Below, piece after piece: positions 51,295 to 62,554 of a stretch of DNA of 64,000 nucleotides. Position numbers and translations under genes: made by a program. The notes below the pieces were generated by a model. That model was not told where the DNA came from. It was given only the letters and a program-made list of their open reading frames with translations, and did no database searches. The stretch comes from an uncultured Hyphomicrobiales bacterium (GTDB lineage: Bacteria > Pseudomonadota > Alphaproteobacteria > Rhizobiales > Beijerinckiaceae), in NCBI GenBank assembly GCA_903847605.1, contig CAINED010000013.1, positions 313,000 to 376,999 on the forward strand, written 5' to 3'. Positions within the stretch are counted from its first letter, which is position 1. Each line of letters starts with the position of its first letter.

Positions 51295-51708
51295 ATGACA
51301 AGGACCGCTGAAGTTTATGAGAGTGTAAGCATCGAGGACGTGAGGCAGGCTGTGGCGGAGGCGGGCCACTCCGTCGATATCAGGGACAATCCGTCCGGCC
51401 GTCGCACCTTGCACTGTGAAACCGACGGCATGACGTATGCCGTTCAGTTTTATCCAAACGAGGGCCACGAAACGGATTCGTTCGGCGCTCTGCGCTTCGC
51501 GCTCTGGATGTCCGCAGACAACATCAGCGCCGAAACGGCAAATGCGTTTAATGCGAAGTTCCGTTTCGCGTCGGCCTTCGCCGATGACGATTGTTACGTT
51601 TTACAACACGACATCATCGCGATTGGCGCGTCGAAACAGAATCTTGTGATCTGCGTGCAGCAATGGTCAACGTCGATCGACGATTTTGCTCAGTTCCTCG
51701 ACGAGTGA
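51295..51708 (+). CDS. hypothetical cytoplasmic protein (possibly YbjN-like)
   Basis: 137 aa from the ATG at 51295, preceded by GAGGG. The family assignment is tentative, and the listed longer ORF (start 51178) is an alternative. Confidence 0.5.
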   Translation: MTRTAEVYESVSIEDVRQAVAEAGHSVDIRDNPSGRRTLHCETDGMTYAVQFYPNEGHETDSFGALRFALWMSADNISAETANAFNAKFRFASAFADDDCYVLQHDIIAIGASKQNLVICVQQWSTSIDDFAQFLDE

Positions 51709-51721
51709 CTCCGAGCCGGAC

Positions 51722-54538
<2,817 letters not shown>

Positions 54539-54585
54539 GAGCTAGTCATCCTTATGCCGGCTGGCTCTCGGCCAAATCCGGCTGT

Positions 54586-54605
54586 GCCGGGAGCCCCGGC
54601 TTTTT
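54586..54605 (+). other. terminator-like hairpin in the secA/ppiC divergent intergenic region
   Basis: GCCGGG-AGC-CCCGGC is followed by TTTTT on the plus strand. No plus-strand gene lies upstream, so its role is unclear. Confidence 0.3.
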
Positions 54606-54612
54606 GCGGCTT

Positions 54613-54660
54613 CCCGTCCGGTCCGATGTGCAGTGGCGCACAGGCGCGGGACCGGCCGGG
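54613..54660. other. extended imperfect hairpin in the secA upstream region
   Basis: CCCGTCCGGTCC..TGTGC-6 nt-GCACA..GGACCGGCCGGG. Eleven of 12 outer pairs and 5 inner pairs form (hand fold). Confidence 0.35.
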
Positions 54661-54945
54661 AAATGGCGATCTTTCTCTACTGACCAGAAGTTAACGGCAG
54701 GCCAGTCCGTCGAAACGCGTCTCCGCCAAGGCGGCGGACACGGAATTTCGGGAAAATCCGGTCTCCGGGAACGGCCAGAGAAATATGGTCGGGGACCATG
54801 CTTGTCAACGAAACAGCCGCCTTTCCCGCCATTTCACTTGCCAGCAAGGTCACGCGAAAGTGCAGACCGGCGAGGCTTGTCTGCCCAGTGGAAATGTCCC
54901 AGTAGAGGCGCCAATTCCGTTCTGTAGCGATCAGGAGCCGCCGGC

Positions 54946-55785
54946 ATGACCAGTCTCTTTTCAGGCCGCGTGGCGGCTTTATTCCTGTCAGCTATGATTT
55001 CCGGCGTGATCGCCTGGCCGGCCGGGGCAGGCGTTCTGGCCAGGGTGGATGGCGTCGAGATCACCGACGAGGACGTCGCATTGGCGACGGAGGACATCGG
55101 CGCGACCCTGCCGCAGCAGATGACCCCCGATCAGCGTCAGGAGTATATCGTCAACTATCTGATCGATTTGAAGATCACGTCGAAAAAGGCGGAGGCCGAC
55201 AAGCTCGACCAGGGCGCTGCTTTCGAGCGCAAGATGGCCTATTTCCGCGACAAGGCGCGTATGCAGACATTGCTTGACGATATCCGGGCGAAGGCTGTCA
55301 CCGAGGCGGAGATCAAGAAAGTCTATGATGAGGCCGCCAAGGCGCAGGGGTCCGAGCCTGAAGTGAAGGCGCGGCATATCCTCGTCGAAACAGAGGATCA
55401 GGCCCGAATCGTCCTGCGCCGGGTACGAGGCGGCGAAGACTTTGCCAAGGTGGCGACCGAGGTGTCCAAGGATCCGGGCTCACCCGGCGGCGACCTCGGC
55501 TGGTTCACCAAGGAGCGGATGGTGCCGGAATTCGCGGAAGTCGCCTTCAAGACGACGCCCGGCCAGATTTCCGAGCCGGTGAAGAGCCGGTTCGGCTGGC
55601 ACATCATCAAGGTCGAGGACCGCCGCACACAGACCTTCCCGCCGCTCGCCACCGTTCGCGATCAGGTCGAGCGTTTCATCACGCGGCGTGCGCATACCGA
55701 GACCATCGAGGGGTTGCGCAAGGGCGCGAAGATCGAACAGATCGAGCAGGCGCCCGTGCTGCCGCCTCTGCCGACGAAGCCCTGA
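54946..55785 (+). CDS. parvulin-type peptidyl-prolyl cis-trans isomerase (SurA/PpiC-like, periplasmic)
   Basis: 279 aa with a signal or anchor sequence. The PpiC domain runs ARHILV..DPGSPGGDLGWFTKERMVPEF..GWHIIKVEDRR. Confidence 0.9.
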   Translation: MTSLFSGRVAALFLSAMISGVIAWPAGAGVLARVDGVEITDEDVALATEDIGATLPQQMTPDQRQEYIVNYLIDLKITSKKAEADKLDQGAAFERKMAYFRDKARMQTLLDDIRAKAVTEAEIKKVYDEAAKAQGSEPEVKARHILVETEDQARIVLRRVRGGEDFAKVATEVSKDPGSPGGDLGWFTKERMVPEFAEVAFKTTPGQISEPVKSRFGWHIIKVEDRRTQTFPPLATVRDQVERFITRRAHTETIEGLRKGAKIEQIEQAPVLPPLPTKP

Positions 55786-55801
55786 ACTCCGGTTCGCGGC
55801 C

Positions 55802-56344
55802 ATGCGCCGGCTCGCGAAACGGATCGTTGTCATTGCAGTATTGGCGATTATGGGAGGGGTCGTGGCGAGCCTGTATTCCTTCCATCGCGGACCCGGCAGC
55901 CTGTGGATCGAGACGCTCTGGCGCACCGGTCTGATCCCGCCGGACGTGTTGTCCTTCCCGGGATTCGACAAGCTGGAACGGCGTCCGACCGGTAATGATG
56001 CGCTTGCCTGTCCCGCCGGCCGTTGTAGCACGGTGTCGGATTTCGAATCGCCGGTCTTTGAGCTGCCGCCACAGGAGCTTTTGGCCCGCGTGCGAAAATT
56101 CGCGCTTTCGGAACCGCGGACGATCGAGTTGAAAACTGTGCCCAACGAGGATGTGCGCGCCGATTTCCAGCAGGCCAGCGCCACCCTGCGCTTTCCCGAT
56201 ATCGTCAGCGTTGAAGTGTTTGCGCTGGGTCCGCAGCGTTCGACGCTCGCCATCTGGTCGCGCAGCGTCGTCGGTCGCAAGGATTTCGGGGTCAATCGGG
56301 CCCGCGTCGAGCGATGGCTGAAGGCGCTGCAATCCGCCATCTGA
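55802..56344 (+). CDS. DUF1499-like membrane-anchored protein (name from memory)
   Basis: 180 aa from the ATG at 55802. N-terminal helix IVVIAVLAIMGGVVASLY and C-terminal SRSVVGRKDFGVNRARVERWL. Confidence 0.65.
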   Translation: MRRLAKRIVVIAVLAIMGGVVASLYSFHRGPGSLWIETLWRTGLIPPDVLSFPGFDKLERRPTGNDALACPAGRCSTVSDFESPVFELPPQELLARVRKFALSEPRTIELKTVPNEDVRADFQQASATLRFPDIVSVEVFALGPQRSTLAIWSRSVVGRKDFGVNRARVERWLKALQSAI

Positions 56345-56419
56345 CGAAAACCTGTTGACGAAATCTCGCGCGCGCCCGATTGAAACGCGCCGATTTCATC
56401 AGATCACCGGAATTCCGAC

Positions 56420-57667
56420 ATGGCCAAGGCCGCACCCGTTTCGCCGCTTGCTCCTAAAACCTATCCCGATCTGCCGCCGGTCGAGGGCGTCAAATTCGCT
56501 ACAGCGGCAGCGGGCATTCGCTACAAGGGCCGCACCGACGTGATGCTGGCGCTGATGGACAAGGGCACGCAGGCTGCGGGCGTCTTCACGAAGTCCAAAT
56601 GCGCATCGGCTCCCGTGGACTGGTGCCGCGCGAAGCTGAAAGGCGGCAAGGCGCGCGCCCTCGTCGTCAATTCCGGCAATGCGAACGCCTTCACCGGCAA
56701 GACCGGCGCACAACAGGCGAAGTTCTCCGCCGAGATCACAGCGAAGGCGACCGGCGCGCCGCTTGGCGAAATCTTTCTGGCTTCGACAGGCGTCATCGGC
56801 GAACCGCTCGACGCCAGCAAGTTCAACGGCGTTATGGAAAAACTTGTGGCAGAGGCCTCGCCGCACGGCCTGCTCGACGCCGCGCGCGCGATCATGACCA
56901 CAGACACGTTTCCAAAAGTCGCGACGGCGAAAGCCAATATCGGCGGCGTCGAAGTCGTATTGTGCGGCATGGCCAAGGGCGCGGGCATGATCGCGCCCGA
57001 CATGGCGACGATGCTGTCCTATGTTTTCACCGATGCGCCGATTGCCTCCGCGGCCTTGCAGGCGATGCTGTCGAAATCCGTGCAGGGCAGTTTCAACAGC
57101 ATCACCGTCGACAGCGATACATCGACCTCCGACACCCTGATGCTGTTCGCAACCGGCGCGGCGGTGAAACGCGGCGCGCCGAAAATCACCGAAGCGAACG
57201 ACAAGCGGCTGAAAGAATTTCGCACAGCGCTCGACGTGGTGCTGCTCGATCTCGCCCATCAGGTCGTGCGCGATGGCGAGGGCTGCCGCAAGTTCGTCGG
57301 TATCGAAGTGCAGGGTGCCGCGACCGCAACTGCGGCCAAGAAAGTCGCGCTGTCCATCGCCAATTCACCGCTCGTGAAGACAGCGCTTGCGGGCGAGGAT
57401 GCAAACTGGGGCCGCGTCGTCATGGCGGTCGGCAAGGCCGGCGAAAAGGCCGATAGAGACAGGCTGGCGATATGGTTCGGCGATATTCGCGTCGCCAACA
57501 AGGGTTTGCGCGATCCGACCTACGACGAGGCCAAGGTCAGCGCCTACATGAAAAACGATTCCATCGAGATGCGAGTCGACATCGGCGTCGGCAAGGCGCG
57601 CGCCAAAGTGTGGACCTGCGATCTCACCAAGGAATATGTCGCGATCAACGGCGACTATCGGAGCTGA
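56420..57667 (+). CDS. argJ: bifunctional glutamate N-acetyltransferase / amino-acid acetyltransferase
   Basis: 415 aa. The autoprocessing site region is [21 protein letters not shown], and the C-terminus is [10 protein letters not shown]. Confidence 0.97.
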   Translation: MAKAAPVSPLAPKTYPDLPPVEGVKFATAAAGIRYKGRTDVMLALMDKGTQAAGVFTKSKCASAPVDWCRAKLKGGKARALVVNSGNANAFTGKTGAQQAKFSAEITAKATGAPLGEIFLASTGVIGEPLDASKFNGVMEKLVAEASPHGLLDAARAIMTTDTFPKVATAKANIGGVEVVLCGMAKGAGMIAPDMATMLSYVFTDAPIASAALQAMLSKSVQGSFNSITVDSDTSTSDTLMLFATGAAVKRGAPKITEANDKRLKEFRTALDVVLLDLAHQVVRDGEGCRKFVGIEVQGAATATAAKKVALSIANSPLVKTALAGEDANWGRVVMAVGKAGEKADRDRLAIWFGDIRVANKGLRDPTYDEAKVSAYMKNDSIEMRVDIGVGKARAKVWTCDLTKEYVAINGDYRS

Positions 57668-57739
57668 AATGGCGCGGACTTGATCGCGACCGCCAAGCTG
57701 CTAGGCTTGCGGTGGTAGTATCGAGTCCGGATTAAGCCC

Positions 57740-58255
57740 ATGCGTATTGCCGTTGCAGCCTTTTCCTGCGTCATCGCGCTTTCATTCGCCGGCTGTCAGT
57801 CGACCACTGTCCGGACGCAGGCCGCCTTCAATCCCGATGAAGCCTCCTTCATCAGGAAGGAGGGCAAGGGCGTGATTACTGGCCATGCCTTCCTGCGACG
57901 CAAGAGCGGCGCAAACGTCTATGCGGCCGGCGAAGTCGTGCGTCTGACGCCGGTGACCGCCTATGCGTCCGAACGATTTGGCAAACTCTACAGCGGTCGC
58001 AAGTACATCGCCGCGGTGTCGATTCCGAAGGTCGATGTCGATCCGGTCTATGCGAGCTACACGCGCACGGTGAAGAGCGATCACATGGGCCGCTTCCGTT
58101 TCGAGAATGTCGCGCCGGGCCGTTATTACGTCTCGACGCAGGCGGTGTGGCGCGAGCGCGGCGAATACATGCCGTCAGGCGGCGCGATGTATGACGAGGT
58201 GACTGTCACGGGCAAGGAAGAGCGGCCCGTGGACGTCATCCTCTCCGGCAACTAG
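57740..58255 (+). CDS. lipoprotein of unknown function (carboxypeptidase-regulatory-like beta-sandwich suspected)
   Basis: 171 aa with lipobox SFAGC. GRFRFENVAPGRYYV resembles CarboxypepD_reg-type domains. Its TAG stop lies inside the downstream repeat. Confidence 0.6.
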   Translation: MRIAVAAFSCVIALSFAGCQSTTVRTQAAFNPDEASFIRKEGKGVITGHAFLRRKSGANVYAAGEVVRLTPVTAYASERFGKLYSGRKYIAAVSIPKVDVDPVYASYTRTVKSDHMGRFRFENVAPGRYYVSTQAVWRERGEYMPSGGAMYDEVTVTGKEERPVDVILSGN

Positions 58256-58366
58256 AGCATCGGGCGAAAAAGTGGACCCGGTTTTTCGCTGAACCGATGC
58301 TCTAATTTATTGAAACGATCAGCTTTTGGGCGATCAAATGATTTCATTTGATCGCCCGCTGATCTA
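58253..58366 (+). repeat. MITE/RIME-like two-hairpin intergenic repeat, best-preserved copy
   Basis: Hairpin 1 is GAGCATCGG/CCGATGCTC enclosing GCGAAAAA/TTTTTCGC. Hairpin 2 is GATCAGC/GCTGATC enclosing GGGCGATCAAATGA/TCATTTGATCGCCC. The termini TAGAGCATCGGGCGA and TCGCCCGCTGATCTA are imperfect inverted repeats (13/16 by hand). Confidence 0.8.
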
Positions 58367-58407
58367 ATGCGATTGACCGCGCGAAGAGAGACGGCGAAAG
58401 TCCGCGG

Positions 58408-58809
58408 ATGAAACTTCTCCTCGTCGTGGCTGCTGCCCTGGTCGATCCCGACAATCGCGTCCTCATCGCGCAACGACCCGAGGGCAAGCAGCTTGCAGGC
58501 CTTTGGGAATTTCCCGGTGGCAAGATCGATGCAGGCGAGAGGCCGGAAGCATCGCTCATTCGCGAATTGTACGAGGAACTCGGCATTACCGTGAAGGAGG
58601 ATTGCCTCGCGCCTCTCACTTTCGCGTCGCATGCCTATGAAGATTTTCACCTGCTGATGCCGCTCTACATCTGCCGCCGGTGGGAGGGCATCGTGGCGTC
58701 GCGCGAAGGGCAGGCATTGAAATGGGTGCAGGCGCGCAGCCTGCGCGACTATCCGATGCCGCCCGCCGATGCGCCGCTCATTCCACCGCTGATCGATCTG
58801 CTGGGGTGA
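58408..58809 (+). CDS. mutT: NUDIX hydrolase, MutT-type (8-oxo-dGTP diphosphatase)
   Basis: 133 aa with the Nudix box GGKIDAGERPEASLIRELYEELGI. Confidence 0.85.
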   Translation: MKLLLVVAAALVDPDNRVLIAQRPEGKQLAGLWEFPGGKIDAGERPEASLIRELYEELGITVKEDCLAPLTFASHAYEDFHLLMPLYICRRWEGIVASREGQALKWVQARSLRDYPMPPADAPLIPPLIDLLG

Positions 58810-59235
58810 TCACCCGAGCAGGCCGAGCACAACGCCCTGCAAGAGCAATACGCCGAGCCAATGTCCGCCGTCGATCACGGTGAGCGCCGCCTTCGCGCGG
58901 CCATACGCGTGATTGGTCACGAGCGTCGTGATGACGAAGCCGAACCAGCAGACGAAGCCGGTGAACAGTCCCGCGCGGACGTTCATGCCGCTCTTGGCGA
59001 CATGGGCCAGTACGCCATAGAGAACCAGCGCCATGATGAGCTCGGCCACGAATGAAATCACCATCGGCACAACCGGCACTTTCGGCTTGCCTGACGCATC
59101 AAGCATGTCGGCCTGCGTCCAGCCCTGCGCCGCCATCCATTGCTTGCTGAGAATTCCATACCAGGCTGCGCCGAAGACGAACGACGCGATAGCCGCGCAG
59201 AATATTGCAAAATAACTGAAGGAACCGGCTGCCAT
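58810..59235 (-). CDS. DUF1761-like membrane protein (name from memory)
   Basis: 141 aa from the ATG at 59233-59235, preceded by AGGAGG. Four hydrophobic helices; the N-terminus is FVFGAAWYGILSKQWM. Confidence 0.7.
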   Translation of the reverse strand: MAAGSFSYFAIFCAAIASFVFGAAWYGILSKQWMAAQGWTQADMLDASGKPKVPVVPMVISFVAELIMALVLYGVLAHVAKSGMNVRAGLFTGFVCWFGFVITTLVTNHAYGRAKAALTVIDGGHWLGVLLLQGVVLGLLG

Positions 59236-59252
59236 GAAAACCTCCTGATTTG

Positions 59253-59666
59253 CTAAATTCCCCCCATCTTGCAGATGAGCTTCCATTCGTCTTCTGACAC
59301 GGGCTGCACCGACAGCCGCGAATTGTTCACCAGCACCATCTTGGCGAGTTTGGACTCCTGTTTGATGGCGTCAAGCGTAACCGGAGTTTTTAATGGCTTC
59401 ATGGCGCGGAAATCCACCATCCCGAACTTGCCGCTTTCGTCCGACGGATCGGGGTAGAATTTCTTGCTGACCTCTACGATCCCGGCAATCTCCTTGCCCT
59501 CGTTGGAGTGGTAGAAAAACGCCTGGTCGCCCAATTCCATCGCCATGAGGTGCAACTTGGCCGAGTGGTTGCGCACGCCGTCCCAATGGGTGCCCTTCTT
59601 GCCGGCGGCGACCTGCATGTCCCAGGACCATTTGTGCGGTTCGCTCTTGATGAGCCAGTAAGCCAT
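59253..59666 (-). CDS. EVE (PUA-like) domain protein
   Basis: 137 aa. MAYWLIKSEP..W.GVRN..A...M..M..GD..FFYHS is the typical EVE domain pattern. Confidence 0.85.
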   Translation of the reverse strand: MAYWLIKSEPHKWSWDMQVAAGKKGTHWDGVRNHSAKLHLMAMELGDQAFFYHSNEGKEIAGIVEVSKKFYPDPSDESGKFGMVDFRAMKPLKTPVTLDAIKQESKLAKMVLVNNSRLSVQPVSEDEWKLICKMGGI

Positions 59667-59811
59667 TTCGGCGCCTCGTATGCGGAATCGGCTGAATCGC
59701 CGGGAAATTGAGATGGTTGCGCAAATTAAGCGACGCGGGTCGCGCGCTCAAGCGGCCCCGCCCTTTCATCCCCATCTCGAATTTCCCGGCGACGGGTGCT
59801 AAGAGACCTGC

Positions 59812-61119
59812 ATGTTATACCTCGAGCTCGGGATTGTGGCGGCCCTCATTTGCGTCAACGGCCTTCTGGCCATGTCGGAACTGGCGGTGGTCTCCTCCCG
59901 CCCATCCCGTCTGCGGATGATGGTCGAGCAGGGCGTTTCCGGGTCGCGGCGCGCCCTGGCGCTTTCGGCTGATCCCGGCCGGTTCCTGTCTACCGTGCAG
60001 ATCGGCATCACGCTGGTTGGCGTCCTGTCGGGCGCGTTTTCGGGCGCGACCCTCGGCCAGAGGCTTGCGGAATGGTTCGCAGAGAAGGGTATGCCCCCGG
60101 CTTTCGCCGACGCGGTCGGCGTCGGCCTCGTCGTCGCGCTCATCACTTACGCCTCGCTGATCGTGGGCGAACTGGTGCCCAAGCAGATCGCCCTGCGCAA
60201 TCCCGAGGGGGTAGCCGTCAAGGTCGCGCCGGCCATGACGATCCTGTCGAAGATCAGCCACCCGCTGGTTTGGCTGCTCAGCTTTTCCGGACAGGGCCTT
60301 CTGAAAATTCTCGGGCAAGGGTCCGCGCCGGAAGAACGGGTCACGGAAGAAGAACTGAAAACCATCGTCGCGGAAGCGGAGACCGCGGGCGTTCTTGAAA
60401 CCGAAGAGCGTCAAATGATCGCGGGCGTGCTGCGCCTCGGCGATCGTGCAGTGCGCGCCGTGATGACGCCACGCACCGAGGTCGACTGGATCGACCTTGA
60501 CGCCAGCGAGGAAGAAGTTCGCAAAATCCTCATCGAGACCAAACATTCGCGACTACCGGCGGCCGACGGCTCGCCCGACGACATGACCGGCGTCGTGCAT
60601 GCGCGCGAAGTGTTGGCAGCCCTGCTTGCCGGCAAGCCGTTCGACATTCGCTCCTACGTGCGCAAGGCCCCGGTCATTCACGACAATGCTGACGCACTCG
60701 ACGTGCTCGGCACGCTGAAGGCCGCGCAGGTGCCGATGGCGCTCGTGCATGACGAATACGGACACTTCGAAGGCGTGGTGACGCCGGCCGATCTGCTGGA
60801 GGCGATCACCGGTGTCTTCAATGCGGATTCCGGCGGCAGCGATCCCGTCGCCGTGCAGCGCGACGACGGCTCCTGGCTGCTCGCCGGTTATATGCCCGCC
60901 GACGAAATGGCCGAGCATATCGGCATCCGGCTGCCGGAGAATCGCGATTACGAAACCGTCGCGGGTTTTGTTCTGTCGCATCTCCACCATCTGCCCGCGA
61001 CCGGCGAATGGGTGAATGCGCTGGGCTGGCGTTTCGAGGTCGTCGACCTCGACGGCCGGCGCATCGACAAGGTGCTGGCGACGAAACAGCCGCAACTGCG
61101 CCGCGAGCGGGTGGGTTAA
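59812..61119 (+). CDS. hemolysin-family / CNNM-type transporter (DUF21-CBS pair-CorC_HlyC)
   Basis: 435 aa. The N-terminal DUF21 part includes NGLLAMSELAVVSSR and QIGITLVG. CBS-pair and C-terminal transporter-associated regions follow. Confidence 0.9.
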   Translation: MLYLELGIVAALICVNGLLAMSELAVVSSRPSRLRMMVEQGVSGSRRALALSADPGRFLSTVQIGITLVGVLSGAFSGATLGQRLAEWFAEKGMPPAFADAVGVGLVVALITYASLIVGELVPKQIALRNPEGVAVKVAPAMTILSKISHPLVWLLSFSGQGLLKILGQGSAPEERVTEEELKTIVAEAETAGVLETEERQMIAGVLRLGDRAVRAVMTPRTEVDWIDLDASEEEVRKILIETKHSRLPAADGSPDDMTGVVHAREVLAALLAGKPFDIRSYVRKAPVIHDNADALDVLGTLKAAQVPMALVHDEYGHFEGVVTPADLLEAITGVFNADSGGSDPVAVQRDDGSWLLAGYMPADEMAEHIGIRLPENRDYETVAGFVLSHLHHLPATGEWVNALGWRFEVVDLDGRRIDKVLATKQPQLRRERVG

Positions 61120-61131
61120 TACAAAACTCGA

Positions 61132-62403
61132 CTACTGCGCAGCGTCGCTCAGTTTCTGGCCGAAAGCCGGTGGATTCTTCATGTCGATGGCGCGCCAGTC
61201 CGTTTCCTTCGGGAAGCGGATAGCGAGCGAGCGTATCGCGCGATAGTCGATATTGCCCCCAGCGCCAAAGGGCACGATGCCGCGCTCATGATCCTCGAGC
61301 GCCTTCAGGAACATGCGGCGCGTGCGCACGATGACGGCATCGCTCGTGCCGAGAAACTCCTGAGAGCGATCCATGATCGGCCCCATGGATTCCTCGATGA
61401 TGAAATCCTCGTAGACGAAATTCTTCAGCAGCCCGCTGAAGTGCCCGTTCTTCATGGCGTCGCGGCTTTGATGCCAGGCATTGGCCTCGTTGCCGCGATC
61501 GGCGGCAAAGTCATCGTCGTCCGGGCCCGTGCGATCGACGGCTTGTTGCCGATACCACTCCGGCACCGGCCCGAAGGGATGCATGTAATAATACCAGTGC
61601 GCGCTCCATTCGTCGTCGATGGGAACGACGACGACGACGAGACGCGGTTCGCCGTGATTGCCGGGGATGAAGGAATAATAGGGCAGCACGACCTCGCGGA
61701 TGCGCGCATAGACCGAGCCGTCCGGCAGGTTGCGCAGAGCCGCTTCGCGATAGCCGTAGGGTTTTTCGATGAATTCGAATGATGGCGCCGAATCGTAGCC
61801 GACCATGTTGCCCGTCGAGTTCGGACGGTTCGGCACGGACGAGGAATGCAGGAAGTTGAGATGCGCCGAATCGAGCTGGCCTTCCAGGCCCTGCAGCCAG
61901 TTGCCGTTAACGACCGCGCAGCGCACCAGCGAATCGGCAGGCGGGAAGTGAAATTCGAAATCGTAGAATTTCGGCGGGGTTTCGCGCTTGCCCATGTAAA
62001 CCCAGACGATGCCGCCGGCTTCCTGTGTCGGATAATGCTTTACCGGCACGCGCGCGGCGAAGGCTTCGCGGGTCTCCCTAGGTTCGGTTGGAACATCGAC
62101 CACCTTGCCCGAAATGTCGATTTTCCAGCCGTGGAAGATGCAGCGCAGCCCGTTACCCTCGTTGCGCGCCAGCGCCAGCGACGAACAACGATGCGGGCAA
62201 GCTTTCTGCAAGACGCCGACGCGCCCATCCGTTGCGCGAAAGGCGACGAGATCCTCGCCCAGCAGGCGGAAAGGTTTCGGCGCGCCATCGGCGACAAGGC
62301 TCGCGGAGCGCACGGCGGGCGTCCACAATTCGCGCAGCATCTCGCCCATCGGCGTGCCCGGCCCGACGCGCGTCAGGCGTTCATTGTCTTCTTTTGAGAG
62401 CAT
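61132..62403 (-). CDS. Rieske [2Fe-2S] non-heme iron oxygenase, alpha (catalytic) subunit
   Basis: Rieske motif CPHRCSSL..CIFHGW, and the mononuclear iron motif NWLQGLEGQLDSAHLNFLH. The ATG at 62401-62403 is preceded by GGGAGG. Confidence 0.88.
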   Translation of the reverse strand: MLSKEDNERLTRVGPGTPMGEMLRELWTPAVRSASLVADGAPKPFRLLGEDLVAFRATDGRVGVLQKACPHRCSSLALARNEGNGLRCIFHGWKIDISGKVVDVPTEPRETREAFAARVPVKHYPTQEAGGIVWVYMGKRETPPKFYDFEFHFPPADSLVRCAVVNGNWLQGLEGQLDSAHLNFLHSSSVPNRPNSTGNMVGYDSAPSFEFIEKPYGYREAALRNLPDGSVYARIREVVLPYYSFIPGNHGEPRLVVVVVPIDDEWSAHWYYYMHPFGPVPEWYRQQAVDRTGPDDDDFAADRGNEANAWHQSRDAMKNGHFSGLLKNFVYEDFIIEESMGPIMDRSQEFLGTSDAVIVRTRRMFLKALEDHERGIVPFGAGGNIDYRAIRSLAIRFPKETDWRAIDMKNPPAFGQKLSDAAQ

Positions 62404-62554
62404 AGCGACCTCCCGCATTCAGCTTTGTGCCGACGTTGATCGCCGGCTCTTGGAACGATCTTGCACCCTGACCGCGCCCGCGTAAATGGCGATGCATGCC
62501 TAGCGCAACTTTTCGCGCTCACCCGTTACGCACTTGAGCGCTCGGTGCGCGAGC

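Noticed and set aside
54604-54927. 107-aa ORF (and 54834-55097 on the minus strand) in the secA/ppiC spacer
   Set aside because: It has a TTG start with no Shine-Dalgarno. The product is rich in R, G, S and P, with no hydrophobic core or motif, and looks non-coding.
62513-62545. GCGCTCA-12 nt-TGAGCGC hairpin downstream of gpsA, considered as a terminator or a further repeat copy
   Set aside because: No T-tract follows on the minus strand, and similarity to the repeat family is limited to a few bases (gcgaaaag).
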